DNA of 64,000 bases from Eledone cirrhosa (GCA_964016885.1 OZ024743.1:163060001-163124000); one strand, 5' to 3'. Numbered from the stretch's first letter, positions 13,855 to 28,461 are shown. Numbers and translations are program-made. Notes: generated by a model from the sequence alone, not told the origin.

Positions 13855-14216
13855 TGCAAAGGTTTTATTTAAAATTGTTGGGTTACAACAAGTAAATATT
13901 TTATAACTGATATAAAACACTCGACAAGTTTTGGAGTATATATACGATATTAAACAAATGGAAACTATATTTATAAAACCATATTTATTTCATTATACAT
14001 ATTTCAGGGATACCATATTAAAAATATGGCATGCCAGACAGCTTCCTAATTTAATGGTCGCTTATAATATGGTACGTCAAAATTATTTATAAAACTGTTT
14101 ATATATTGTATTTTATCTGACGAAGGCATGCCATATTTTTAATATGGTATCCCTGAAATATGTATAATGAAATAAATATGGTTTTATAAATATAGTTTCC
14201 ATTTGTTTAATATCGT
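13855..14216. mobile_element. Non-autonomous HHR element family B, palindromic insertion; HHR at 14109-14174 (+)
   Basis: tattttat-CTGACGA-aggcatgcca..tggtatccct-GAAA-TATGTA-TA^atgaaata; the left-arm core is partly deleted. Confidence 0.82.
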
Positions 14217-14598
14217 ATATATATATATATACATATTGTGTGTGTGTTTGTATGTATACATTTATGTGTGTGTGTATTTTTACGTATGTTTATATATATT
14301 TTTATATATTTATTTATCCGCCGCCCCACCTTTCGTTGTCAACACGTCCCTTTATGCTTTTATTTATATTTTTATATTTGTTTTTTTTTTTATTTTATTT
14401 ATTCATATCTGTTCCCCTACTACCTCCCAATGTACCTTGTACTATCATGTCTATACGTATGATTAAGCGTAAGTGTGCGTGCGTGTGTCTGAACTTTTGT
14501 ACGTCTGTGTATACGTGCGTACATAGGCAGATGTGCGTATGTATGTTTACACATGTTTGTACGTGCTTGAGTAGATATATGTATGTGTGTATGTATGT

Positions 14599-14632
<34 letters not shown>

Positions 14633-14634
14633 GT

Positions 14635-15035
14635 AGAGGTTATATTTAATTTGTTGGGATACAACAAGCTAAATATTTTTATAACTGATATAAAGCACTC
14701 AACAAATTATTGGAGTAAATATACAATATATTAACAAATGGAAACTATATTTATAAAACCATATTTATTTCATTATACATATTTCAAGGGCCACCAAAGC
14801 AAACTATGGTGCGCTTTCATCAGATAAAATATAATATAGGTTAGTTTTATATTGACATACCCTTAAAAAATGCAACCATTCTGGTTGGAATCTCCTGGAT
14901 AGTGGAGTTATTAGATTTAGTGTTGGTTTATTATGCAAATTAGTGTTGGAGAAGTTTAAAATAGTATATTTAAATTAAACCGTTGGAATATGTATAATGA
15001 AATAAATATAGTTTCCATTTGTTAATATATTGTAT
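14635..15035 (-). mobile_element. Family A copy with HHR at 14766-14831 (-) and a short inverted remnant at about 14988-15035
   Basis: High identity to the 12556 and 31270 copies. Confidence 0.82.
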
Positions 15036-15090
15036 TTATATGTATATATGCGTGCGGGTATGTATACAGATTTGTGTATGTGTGTATGCA

Positions 15091-15124
<34 letters not shown>

Positions 15125-15125
15125 C

Positions 15126-15209
<84 letters not shown>

Positions 15210-16419
15210 TTATGTATATATGTATGGATTGATGTGCATGTGTATATATATTTATACGTTATTTCTGAGTACCTGTGTGTGCGCATATTTGATCACACGT
15301 TTATGTGTGTGTATTTGTATTTCAATGTAGACGCACATATACTTATGTGTGAAAGTATACGTTTACGTTCTATTACGTATATGCGTGACTTTGAGTATGT
15401 GTTTGTTTTGGATATTTATTTATATATTTTCCCCCTCAATTTTTTGCCCGTTATTTTATTTCAGCCTCACTTTCATTTATCCTAAACTCTGTTTTCAAAT
15501 CCATGTAGCGAAAATTGCACACACTCATGTCATAGCGTAAACCTCGACTCACTGAAGAGAATCTTACATATGATGATACATCGAGAGAAATAGTCCTCTG
15601 TGTTGTCATATCGTAATCCGATACCGTAACCCATCCATCCATATACCAACAGTTCTTTCTAAATGTTGCACACACACACGCATACTCAGTCATACTATTT
15701 TTTTTTCTCTCTCCAAATTTCTCTACACTCGAAGTGCGGGCGCAGTACCCACACTTTGTGTGTTTTGGGACACGCTTCTAGGAATCAGATTCCACTACCC
15801 CTTTTATAATCGATCGCTGCTCCAGCATCGATCTGGGTAGGGAACTAATGTAGCGAAATTTATTGTGTTAACAAGTTCAGGTTGGGGGACAGGAAGTGAC
15901 AGCTATATACAGACCATGTACAAACCATTCCACACAGAGACATCGAAGGATTTCTGCTATAAACAGACCCCTTTGGTCTACCAACAGACCCCATGAAGTC
16001 TACAGATACACACACAGAGATTGGAACCTCTATTACTACAGACCATGTTCAAGCCACAGTGCTCTACAAACTATTACAGACCATTCAGAGATATACAAAC
16101 CATATCTTACTAACTAACGGTCTAAGAATTACTACCACGGATTCCAAGTTCCAACAACAGCAACAATTATCTGTAACTCGCTGTTTTAACACCAACAACA
16201 ACAACAGACTACAACAGCCTCACATTAACAACAAAATAATATTGTCAATCTTTGCAACTTATGGTAACTTGTTTAATTGATTAACGTGAAGTAAACTATA
16301 TATAACCAAATCTTATATCCTTTATATAGTAAAAAACAAGTATAATATCGAATATAATGATATGGGACAGGGGAAAGAAGGCATGCACAATAGTGGAATT
16401 CAGCTGCCCAGTTGATGTC

Positions 16420-16662
16420 AATATATTAATAAAGATTAGCAAAAAGGAGAATATCTATGCAGAACTAACGAGGAATCTGCAGATAATCCACCCTGACTAT
16501 ACCTGTGATTATTGGGGCACTGGAATATGTTAGTAATTGACTCAGAACAAATCTAGAGAAGCTGGGCTTCACAGAAAGAACACAACTAATTAGGAAATTA
16601 TAAGTACAATCCATTAATGCAACAGTAAAAATATGTAAAGCATTCCAAAAATTCTGCATATA
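16420..16662 (+). pseudogene. Degenerate C-terminus of an RLE-type (R4/Dong-like) non-LTR element
   Basis: KENIYAELTRNLQ..IPVIIGAL..TVKICKAFQKF-stop across frames. Confidence 0.5.
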
Positions 16663-17889
16663 ATTATGTACAGATACAAAACATAATGCATGTGCACACA
16701 TATAACTAAAAACAACCACATCCACATATACTATAACATCCATACCTGCACACACACACATGCATGCATACATATCTACCTAGTGATGTGTAAATTCCAG
16801 TGAAAGAGTCTTGTAGCTATGTTAGAAAATAACTCTCTCTCTATTGATAAACATTTATAAAATTATAAAACCAGAACATACATACATATATACATACATG
16901 CATGCACGCACACATACATACATGCTAAAAATTGCTGCCCAATAGCTTGCAAGAATATCATGTACAAATTATACACTGGGTGCCTTAATATGTTCTTGCA
17001 GGATCATTGTGCTACCAACAACATTATAACACCTGAGAAATCTGGTAGAAAGAAGGTGTAGATCAGCTACTAATTAATAAAATGATACAAGAAAAAACAG
17101 TGAAGAATCACAGGAACTTGACTGTGGTGTGGCTGGACTATCAGAAGGTTAGTGTACCTCATTGGTGGTTTATTAAGGCTTTACAGTTATCCAAAGTCCC
17201 ACAAACACTAGTAGCTGGTGTTGAACGCCTGGCCGAGAACTGGTACACCAATTTGATCCTTAGGGGTGAGAAGAAGCAAATTGAGACTGATACGATACAC
17301 TACCAGAAAAGCATCTTTCAGGGTGATAGCTTATCAGTGCTGCTCTTCGTCCTTTCACAAATCCACTATTTTACCTGCTCACAAAACCAAGTAGTAATCT
17401 TTGTCGATCCTGAAGTTGTATCAGTCAAATACTAACTATATCAAAAAAGAATTGGACCTCATTACACAATTTTCTACAGACATCAGAAAGAAATTTGGTG
17501 AGTCTAAATATGCATATTTGTCAGTAAAATGTGGAAGGGTTGTGCCCTCCTCTGGCAATCTAGTGATGACAATACAAACTCTACAGACAGGTGACAACTA
17601 CAGATATTTTGGACAGGATGACAATGTCAGATATGATGGACCCATAAAGAAGGACAGAACCAGGACTGAATACCTCAGGAGAGTAAGAAAATATGATCAT
17701 CAGAACTCTGAACGTACAATAAGTACATTGCCCACTATACTTTTGCTGTGCCAATTCTAACACCAACATTTGGCCTGTTGAACTGGTCATTGCAAGAACT
17801 AAGTGAGATGGATGTAAAAACTTGCAAGTTGCTCAGTGTTACTGGAAACTTTAACATCAACGGTGATGTGGATAGGCTATACTTCTCAC

Positions 17890-19580
17890 TAGAGGTGTAA
17901 CAAGGAAAAATAGCGCCTATGGCAAACATTGAAATTGTGCCGTTGCCCATGTAGCAAGGTATATAGTAGTCATTAGACAATGGGAATGAGAGCGCAGTTT
18001 AAATAAATAAGGGTTTAGGGTAATAAACTGCATTTTCATTTGTTCTACAGGTATCCTTTACGCTTAAGTATATGTAAAGTATTAACAAAAGTGTTAGTGT
18101 ATTTAAACCAGCCATATCCAGCCAGAATCTTTCACCTTTTTCTGTTTAAACCGGCTGTAACATGCCTCTCATACTGACGTTAGGGTATTGTTCTCAAAAT
18201 AAATAATTTCAAAATCTCATAGATTCAATATTGTGTGAGGTAAAGCCTTTACTGCAAAAATACAATAGTTTATATAGAGCAATGTAAATGTTAAAGGGTT
18301 AAAGGGAGTGATCTATGTAATACTGATCTTTGACAAATATTAAAAGGCGACTGGGTCGATGCCCTACCTGTGGCCAACGTTGGTGGCCTACTCAGCCTGG
18401 ACGAACTTCGTGTCTCCATCGCCCTCAGAGTGGGAGCTGACGTCTGCATGGGTTTGAGGTGCCGATGCGGCAAACTCCTCGACTCTACAGGCCTCCATGG
18501 TCTTTCTTGCCGTCTGAATGCCGGCCGCTTCGCGTGTCACACGGAGCTAAACCTCATTCTGAAGAGAGCTTTGGCCCGGGCGAATATCCCCTCAGTCTTG
18601 GAACCATCTGGGTTGTCCAGAAGTGACGGCAAAAGACCTGATGGTCTTACCCTGTGCCCCTGGTCGAGAGGCAGGTGCCTTCTCTGGGACATCACTGTTA
18701 GTGACTCTTTTGCTCTTTCCCACATCCTGGATGCTGCGGTTAGGATGAGAGCCAGCCACAGCTTCTGTCGGCCAATTACATTTTTCAGCCTGTGACTTTC
18801 GAGACGTTTGGGGGAGTCGGGCCGCTGACTGCGAGGTTCCTTTCCTCACTGGTGGCTCGCCTAATAGAGGTGACTGGCGAATCTCGTGAGGGTGCTTGGC
18901 TGTTTCAGCGCATCACCTGAGGCAACGCTGCGAGTGTGCTGGCTTGCCTAAAAAATCATTAGAGAGGTTGCCCAGTACTCGCGGCGTTGCTGTCTTTTGC
19001 TCTGGTGTTGGCTCCGTTGTTCACCCCTTCCTTTACATTTTCTTTAATATTGTAGCATTGAAGGAATATACCTTTCATTGTATCATCCTTTGTAGTGTTA
19101 CCGAGGCATTTGTAATGTTATTTATGTACATATTTAAAACATATTTGTTATGTTATTCTACTGTAAATTTATTTATATGCTCTGTTTATATTTTCATTCT
19201 GAAGGAATTGCAAACGATTTGTAATGTTGTTTGTGCAACTGTGAAGGATATATTTATGAAATAAAGTAATCTTTTCTTTATTTAAAACCCTATTAAAATA
19301 TTTGACAAGTCATACTATGAGGTATGCCTCTGTGATCATGTAATTCTCAGCACTGTATTTTTACCTATGGGCCTAATAATTTATATAAATGGTTTAATGA
19401 TCCAGCCACCATAGTACTTCTCACCCATGATAATCAAAGACAGATCATCTCCTGAAGAAGTTTCTTTTTTCACTCTCTGACAATAGCTTTAATAGAAAGC
19501 GCGCCTAGTCCAGGTAGTGCCCCCTTTCAAGTGGTGCCCATAGCACGTGTCATGCTTGCCATACCCTAGATACGTCTCTG
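17890..19580. mobile_element. Non-autonomous hAT-like DNA transposon
   Basis: 8-bp TSD CTTCTCAC (17882-17889 and 19581-19588); imperfect TIRs TAGAGGTGTA and TACGTCTCTG. Confidence 0.8.
18345..19270 (+). mobile_element. 5'-truncated CRE-clade LINE (zinc knuckle plus PD-(D/E)xK endonuclease) nested in the hAT
   Basis: CRCG..HGLSC..H..LEPSGLSRSDGKRPDGLTLCPWSRGRCLLWDITV, followed by a T-rich 3' UTR. Confidence 0.85.
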
Positions 19581-20369
19581 CTTCTCACTCAAGGAAGGTG
19601 GTAGGGCTCTAAAATCCATATTAACATCATACGAGACCCGATAGCAACACTGAAGCAATATATTCAACAGAAGAAAAGGTCAGCAACCATCTTGCCCAGG
19701 TCCACTACATCGAGACCAATTGTTAAAAGTTTGCAAAACATTCTGGCGATTCAAGGGATGACAATTACTTTTCTTTTACAACCTTGCCACCAGGAAGGTG
19801 GCTAGTCAAAAATGTACTCGAAATCAAGAGAAAGAGAACATACATAAGTACGTAAGCGTTCTCTTTCTCTTGATTTCAAGTACGTACACCCACATACATA
19901 CATAAAAAAAATAATCGCGAGATATACATATATTTCTTTATTTGTCACAATGGTGCGAATATAGATAGATACTTATCTGCAGAAAGGCAATGCTAGAAAG
20001 ACACGTGTCTTTATTTCATCCAATAGAAAAGACACAACTAATCGTACAGCAACCATATCTAAAAAGAGTACCGCTTAATTTAACTTCCTTTCAAAAATAA
20101 ATGATAATTTTTTTTAACATATACAAAAAAGGTATTTTTTTTATAGTATAACACAATATATTGTGAATTAAAAATATTATATTTCCTATACTCGTTTTAG
20201 GGAACAATAAACATGTAATAAATGCTAATTTAGTGTTTAGAATGTTTAATCCGACTTCGTAAATCAACCTCGCCCTCCATGCGGCACCGGTGTTCTCAAC
20301 GTATATATGGAACAGGCGTCTGCGAATTTTTCTATCTCACACCGGCGTCGACGACAGATCTATAACACG

Positions 20370-20441
20370 ATGAAGTTGTTGTGTTGTTTGTTGCTTCTCT
20401 CTTTAATCCCGGCTTTCCTGTCAACTACATCGAAACCTAAA
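20370..20441 (+). CDS. Candidate first coding exon of a secreted host protein, cut by the gap
   Basis: MKLLCCLLLLSLIPAFLSTTSKPK is signal-peptide-like; TATA-like GTATATAT at 20301 in a CpG-containing non-repetitive patch. Confidence 0.3.
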
Positions 20442-20641
20442 NNNNNNNNNNNNNNNNNNNNNNNNNNNNNNNNNNNNNNNNNNNNNNNNNNNNNNNNNNN
20501 NNNNNNNNNNNNNNNNNNNNNNNNNNNNNNNNNNNNNNNNNNNNNNNNNNNNNNNNNNNNNNNNNNNNNNNNNNNNNNNNNNNNNNNNNNNNNNNNNNNN
20601 NNNNNNNNNNNNNNNNNNNNNNNNNNNNNNNNNNNNNNNNN
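20442..20641. other. Assembly gap (200 N)
   Basis: N run. Confidence 1.
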
Positions 20642-20877
20642 CACACACGCATACGTATATACTATTATTATAACTATATGGATATTGAGGCGCACACATA
20701 AACACGGCCACATACACTTACATCTAGATGCAGAACTAAAAATAGGTAAGGGAGTAAGTAATTACAGAGGGTGTCAGACACAGCTTATTTATAAAAATGT
20801 ATCTATAAATTTAGAAATAAAAAGAAATTTATTAAAAGAAATAAACAAGTAAAACATATACTCATACATAAAATACA

Positions 20878-20935
<58 letters not shown>

Positions 20936-21394
20936 TATATACATACACATACACATACACACACACATATATATATACACACATACTCACAACATACATA
21001 TATACATATATGTACACACGCATACACACATACATACACATACATATATATATACATATATATACACACATATATACACACATATATATACACACACATA
21101 TATACACACACACACATACATATACGTATATATACATACACACACACATATCCATGTATATATATACACAACCACATACTCACACACAACTCAGACATAC
21201 ATAAATATAGAGATATACATACACACATATATACATACATATAAATATATATACACACATATATATACACACATATATATATATATATATATAAAAAAAA
21301 ATAAATAAATACACAGTCAGACAATTATGCACATATATACACATACATACACATATCTCTACAAATACATATACATACATATACATACACACAC

Positions 21395-21474
<80 letters not shown>

Positions 21475-23759
21475 TCATACACACTTATTTACATGCGCAC
21501 ATATGTATTTTATACAAACACACAAACATACATACATATTTACATACACATACATACATCCACGCTTACAAATACGAATAATTATAGGGGGGGGGGATTA
21601 AAATTATTAGTGGGAAATAGTAAATATAGGTTTCAAGGAACATAGAATATTAATCTGCATTTAGATCATAATATGTGTTTACATAGTAGTTTCAGTATTA
21701 GGAAATGTAAGAAAGAAGGCAAAATTATGCATTTTAATATAAGTAGACTATTAATTATAGGTTAATTAAAGTAAAAATAGTTAATATATTAATTTCTAAG
21801 GTGTATACTACTTAGGTTTATAATATTTAAAGCGGAATTTTGAAGTTAAACAGTAGTAGAGTATTAATTATAGCATAACTAAATTAAAAATATTAACATT
21901 ATGGTATCAATTTTAGGAAATGAATTTAGTAATAGGGAAAGCCAAATCAAGTATTTCATCGGTAGTAGAATATTAATTATAGGTTAACTAAACTAAAAAT
22001 TATATATTAATTTCTATAGTATATGTTAATTAGGTTTATAATAATTAAAGCAGATTTTGTATTTTATCTATAGTAGAATATAATTATAGGTTAACCAAAA
22101 TTAAAATTAATCTATATATTTATTTGTAAAGAATATATTAATTAGGTATATATTTAAAAGTTTTTCTCAGTTTATGATTACATGATATTCTGCAATCCAT
22201 CTGTATTAGAATTTTAATTTTAAGCTAACTAAATTAAAATTATAGGTATTAATTTCTAAATTGTACATTAATTAGGTTTATAATATTAAAAAGTATTTCT
22301 CTGTTATTGATTACACGATATTTTGTTATATTTCATCTGTAAAGGAATTTTAATAAAAGGTTAAATAAACTAAAATTAATCTATAAATTAATTTCCAAAG
22401 TATATATTAATTATGTTAATAATATTTAAAAGTTTTTCACAATTTATGATTACACAATATTTTTTAATTTCATCTGTAGTAGAATTTTAATTAAATTAAA
22501 ATTATAGGTTAACTACATTTAAATTAAATTATATATTAATTTCTAAAATATATATTATTAATTAGGTTTATAATATTTAAATGTTTTTCTCAGTTTATGA
22601 TTACACGATATAATTAATTCCTGTCGCTTATTTAATAGGATATCCTTAGATTTCATTATTTTAAATAGTTCTTGGGAACACAATCTACATTCATTTCTAT
22701 TATTTTGATAAGGGGTGGCTCTTTTGAGCACACTCCAGGTCATATCATATTCTATATTCTTATTTCTATAACTATTAATTTTTTCTGCTAGAGATGTTGT
22801 ATTAGCAAGTGCGGCATTTTTAAAACTATGTTTGTGGGTATTAAACCTTACCTTAAAATTGTTAGAAAATATCGTGTAATTAATAACGGAGAAATACTTT
22901 TTAATATTATAAACCTAATTAATATACAATTTAGAAATTAATTTTAATTTAGTTAACCTATAATTTTAATTTAGTTAGCTTATAATTAAAATTCTAATAC
23001 AGATGGATTGCAGAATATCGTGTAATCATAAACTGAGAAAAACTTTTAAATATATACCTAATTAATATACTCTTTACAAATAAATATATTGATTAATTTT
23101 AATTTAGTTAACCTATAATTATATTCTACTATAGATAAAATACAAAATTTTGCTTTAATTATTATAAACCTAATTAACATATACTATAGAAATTAATATA
23201 TAATTTTTAATTTAGTTAACCTATAATTAATATTCTACTACCGATGAAATACTTAATTTGGCTTTCCCTATTACAAAATTCATTTCCTAAAATTGATACC
23301 ATCATGTTAATATATGTAATTATTTTTAATTTAGTTATGGTATAATTAATACTCTACTACTGTTTAACTTCAAAATTCCGCTTTAAATATTATAAACCTA
23401 AGTAGTATACACCTTAGAAATTAATATATTAACTATTTTTACTTTAATTAACCTATAATTAATATTCTACTTATATTAAAATACATAATTTAGCCTTCTT
23501 TCTTACAAATACCATTTCCTAATACTGACACAACTATGTAAACACATATTATGATTTAACTGCAGATTAATATTCTATGTTCCTTGAAACCTATATTTAC
23601 TATTTCCCACTAATAATTTTAACCCCCCCCCCCCCCCAATAAATTATTCGTATTTGTAAGCGTGGATGTATGTATGTGTATGTAAGTGTGTATGTATGTT
23701 TGTGTGTTTCTATGTGAGTATAAAAATACATATGTGCGCATGTAAATATGTGTGTATGA

Positions 23760-23817
<58 letters not shown>

Positions 23818-23906
23818 GTGTATGTATGTATGTATGTGTATGTATATGTATTTGTAGAGATGTGTGTATGTATGTGTATATATGTGCATAAGTGTCTGAC
23901 TGTGTG

Positions 23907-23945
<39 letters not shown>

Positions 23946-24155
23946 ATGTATGTCTCTATATATATGTATGTCTGAGAGTGTGTGTGTGTGTGGTTGTGTA
24001 TATATACATGGGTATATGTGTGTGTGTATGTATATGTATATATATGTATGTATGTATATATATGTGTGTATATGTATATATATGTGTGTATATATATATA
24101 TATGTATGTATATGTATATATATATGTGTGTGTACATATATGTATATATGTGTGT

Positions 24156-24189
<34 letters not shown>

Positions 24190-24664
24190 GGTGTGTATTT
24201 ATATGTATGGGTATATGTTTTACTTGTTTTTATGTATATGCATACAAACAGGTTAATATGCGTTAGGTTAAGTATGTGTATGTGTGTGTATGCACGTATG
24301 TATGTATCGAATGTATGGATGTGTAAATGTGCGTATGTATATAAGCATGTATATTTTATGTCTCTCTTTTATGTTTTTTTATGTTTTTTTATATTTCTTT
24401 TGTGAGACATTCGCGTCTGTGTATGTACGTACCCCCCCCCCCCTTATTTTTTGTTCCCCCGTTTTTAAGTTTTTTCCTTCTATAAATAAAATTTTTTTAT
24501 TTCTAACTTTATAGATACATTTTTATAAATATGCCGAGTTTGACACTCTCCTTTAATTACTTACTCCCTTACCTCCTTTAATTCTGCATCTGAATGTAAG
24601 TGTGTTGGGCGTGTTTATGTGAGCGCCTCAATATCCATATAGTTATAATAATAATATATACGTA

Positions 24665-24697
<33 letters not shown>

Positions 24698-25377
24698 TCG
24701 TATGTGTATGTGTGTGTTTATGTATATATACGTGTGTGTGTATGCATGTATGTATATGTGTGTATGTATATGTATATGTATATGTATGTATATTTTGTCT
24801 GTAGATTATAAACATACAGATACATTAGCCCTAAATTTTTATATTTACATACACTTTTTCAACATGCGTATGCATATGAACATACAATTTTATGCATATC
24901 TGTGAACGAATTTACTTACATATATACACACACCTAACTGTATTTTCTTGATGAATTTTTATGTATTTCATTGGTCTATTTAAAATCTGTTCCCAAACAG
25001 ACATGTAATTTTGAATTGTTCTTATTATCAATAAATATACTTCATTATTTCTGAAGACAGCATATATATGTGATGGTATGTATATTCTCCTTCATAGTTT
25101 GTATAATTTTGTACATAGATCTTTTGAATATGCATGCCAATTCTAACACATATATGTCCTAGAAACGATCGTAAAATAATGAACTTTTTTTGTTTAATAT
25201 AAGGAACTGTTTCTTTGTTTTATTCATTATTTTTTTAATATTTTATCTTGACTCTGTATTCCGTTTATCTTTCACCGAAAGTGATTTTTGAATGCATCTC
25301 TTCTTTCCATGATATCCGGATTACATTGAGTTCTTCATACGGATTGGACACTACCGTAAACTTTTGGTAGATTTATC

Positions 25378-25380
<3 letters not shown>
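20642..25380. mobile_element. PLE 3' end as a large inverted repeat (arms about 20642-22325 and 22868-24680) around an EN fragment; right arm continues to an HHR
   Basis: Mirror sequence including microsatellites; EN at 22558-22860 (-): NFKVRFNTH..TSLAEK..CRLCSQE..LLNKRQELIISCNH. Confidence 0.85.
25041..25183 (+). ncRNA. Type I hammerhead ribozyme with about 100-nt stem II domain
   Basis: ttcattattt-CTGAAGA-...-GAAA-CGATCG-TA^aaataatgaa; perfect 10-bp stem I. Confidence 0.8.
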
Positions 25381-25429
<49 letters not shown>

Positions 25430-25552
25430 GGAGGTGAGTTTTCTTGTAGTACAATAAAGCTATGCACATATCGGATAAGTAGCACTCTACAGTTTGTAGG
25501 ACTGGAGTATAAATAATATATAAGATCAAAAGATGGTTAAAAGAGTTCCATG

Positions 25553-25623
25553 TATTTTATTATGGGCATTTCAAAAACAAATATCATCATGCGATGACAT
25601 TTGCGTTTTCATCAGATAAAATA
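25553..25623 (-). ncRNA. Type I hammerhead ribozyme in an element at about 25427-25775 with a partial inverted copy (25697-25775)
   Basis: tattttat-CTGATGA-aaacgcaaatgtcatc..gatgatatttgttttt-GAAA-TGCCCA-TA^ataaaata; the other arm has TGCGCA. Confidence 0.8.
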
Positions 25624-25883
25624 GGGAGACATGATATGAAAGTTAAAAAACACTTGTGAATAGTGCAGTTTTAAATCAACATATATGTATATGTTGATCG
25701 CATGATGATATTTGTTTTTGAAATGCGCATAATAAAATACATGGAACTCTTTTAACCATCTTTTGATCTTATATATATATATACATATATATTTATATGT
25801 ATATATATATATAATTTATAGTTATTCCTAATTAAACTATTTTTCACTGGGAAAGATTTGTCAGCATTTTCTTTTCCTTTTTA

Positions 25884-25975
<92 letters not shown>

Positions 25976-25978
<3 letters not shown>

Positions 25979-26318
25979 GGGCACATTAGTGGTTAGAGCA
26001 TTGGCCTTGCAATCGAAAGGTTGTGAGTTCAATTCTCAGACCGGGTGATGTGTTGTTTCCTTGAGCAAGACACTTTATTTCACATTGCTCCAGTTTACTC
26101 AGCTGTAGAAATGAGGTGATAGGACTGGAGTCCTATCATTCCACTGCAAAGTGGTCGTGGAGGTGCCACGGAAAAAAAGCACCCACCACTCACTGTAAAT
26201 GAGGTTGGTGTTAGGAAGGGCATCCAGCTGTAGAATTCAAGCCAGAATCAGTTGCCGTCCCACCCTTGCAAGCTGGGAAAAGTGGACGTTAAATGATGAT
26301 GAAAAAAATGATGATGAT
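25976..26318 (+). mobile_element. tRNA-derived CORE-type SINE with LINE-like tail ending (GAT)n
   Basis: A box AGTGGTTAG, B box GAGTTCAATTC, CCTTGAGCAAGACACTT core; second copy at 40966-41298 (-). Confidence 0.85.
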
Positions 26319-26321
26319 ATG

Positions 26322-26352
<31 letters not shown>

Positions 26353-26365
26353 TAACATATGTATG

Positions 26366-26430
<65 letters not shown>

Positions 26431-26525
26431 ATATGTATATATATATATGTATGTATATATGTATATATATATATGTATGTATATATGTATATATATATAT
26501 GTATGTATATATGTATATATATATA

Positions 26526-26573
<48 letters not shown>

Positions 26574-26745
26574 CATGTATATATATGTATATATATACAT
26601 TATATATATACATGTATATATATGTATATATATACATTATATATATATGTATGTATATATATACATGTATATATATATATATATATACATGTATATATAT
26701 ATTTATACATGTATATATATATGTATGTATATATATATATACATG

Positions 26746-26779
<34 letters not shown>

Positions 26780-26810
26780 CATGTATATATATATGTATGT
26801 ATATATATAT

Positions 26811-26855
<45 letters not shown>

Positions 26856-26886
26856 CATGTATATATATATATATGTATGTATATAT

Positions 26887-26926
<40 letters not shown>

Positions 26927-27008
26927 ACATATATGTATATATATATATATACATGTATATATATATATATATGTATGTATATATATATATATACATGTAT
27001 ATATATAT

Positions 27009-28064
27009 ACCTGGTAGGCAGTACACTGAACCAAACATCTATGTGTATGGCAAACGACTTGGAGTGGTTGATCAGTTTGTCTACCTGGGAAGCACTGTCA
27101 ATCGATACGGCAACCTTGACAGTGAAATCTCACTTAGGATTAGGAAAGCAAGTGATGCTTTCGGAAAGCTAGAAAGGCGACTCTGGGGTCGGCGAGACAT
27201 ATGCAGGAGGACAAAGGTAAGGGTGTACAGGGCATGTGTACTCTCTTGTCTTCTTTATGCCTGCGAGACCTGGGTCACATATCGACGCCACCTTAAGCAA
27301 TTGGAGCGTTTCCATCAGATGTGTCTCAGACGGATACATGGCGTTCACTGGAGGGACCACATCAGTGATGTCGAGATTTTGGAAGGCTCTATGTGTGACA
27401 GTATAGAAGCTCTTGTGCTTAAGCAGCGACTCCGTTGGAGTGGTCACCTTGCCAGGATGAAGGATTCTAGAATACCAAAACAACTCTTCTATGGAGAGTT
27501 GGTTAAAGGAAAACGACCGCCACATAAACCAAAAAAGAGGTATAAGGATTCCTTGAAAGCCTCTCTGAGAGACGCTAACATCTCTGCTGATACATGGGAA
27601 AATATTGCTGCTGATCGTAATAAATGGAGAAAGACTGTATATGAAGGAAAAGTTGCCTTTGAGGCATCTCGAATCGCACACGAGAAAGTAAAGCGGGACG
27701 TGAGGAAGGGTATTGCTGTTGCACTTCCAGACGGCGAGGGTCCTCCTATGTTTCTGACATGCAGCGTCTGTGCGAGACTCTGCCTAAGCAAAGCTGGACT
27801 CGAAAGTCATCTTCGCAGTCATAAAGTAAGACCAGTGGTTGACTACCAGGCTGCTGTTGGAGATGCTACTCATCATGCTTGCCAAACATGTGGTAGAGAA
27901 TGTAAATCAGCAGGAGGACTCAAGCGACATGCAAAAGTACACGAACTCCAACCACAGCCGACTATTCCCAGTAAATGTTTTGGTTGCCGACTCTGTGCAA
28001 GACATTTTAGATCATTGGCTGGGCTAAAAAGCCACATTCGATCGCAGCACTGTTAGTTGCTATC

Positions 28065-28102
<38 letters not shown>

Positions 28103-28181
28103 GCTTATGTGCGTGCGTGTGTGTGTATATATATATGAATATGTATATTATTATTGTTGTTGTCGTTATTATTATTATTGC

Positions 28182-28224
<43 letters not shown>

Positions 28225-28346
28225 GTTATTAATGTATGTGTGTATATATGTGTGAGTGTATGTGTATGTATGTGTGTGTGTATATATGTATGTATATGTA
28301 TGTATGTGTGTGTGTGTATATATGTGTATGTATATATATGTGTATA

Positions 28347-28383
<37 letters not shown>

Positions 28384-28415
28384 CTTTTCCCCTTTTTTTT
28401 TTTTTTTTATTTATC

Positions 28416-28461
<46 letters not shown>

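Larger units (their letters stand above)
16930..19790 (+). pseudogene. Degenerate R4/Dong-like RT, split by a hAT-like insertion
   Basis: WLDYQK..SVPH, IFQGDSLSVLLF, KFGESK; DVDRLYFSL|KEGGRAL rejoins across 17890-19580. Confidence 0.72.

Noticed and set aside
15503-15870. LTR starting TGTAGCGAAA (15503 and 15849)
   Set aside because: Only about 10 bp are shared; no TSD, PBS or coding support.
15896-16150. CRISPR-like array from recurring ACAGACC
   Set aside because: Short degenerate motif with irregular spacing in a eukaryotic context.
25976-26050. Functional tRNA gene
   Set aside because: No acceptor stem, and it continues into a SINE body found twice; the same applies to the 1859-2042 head.
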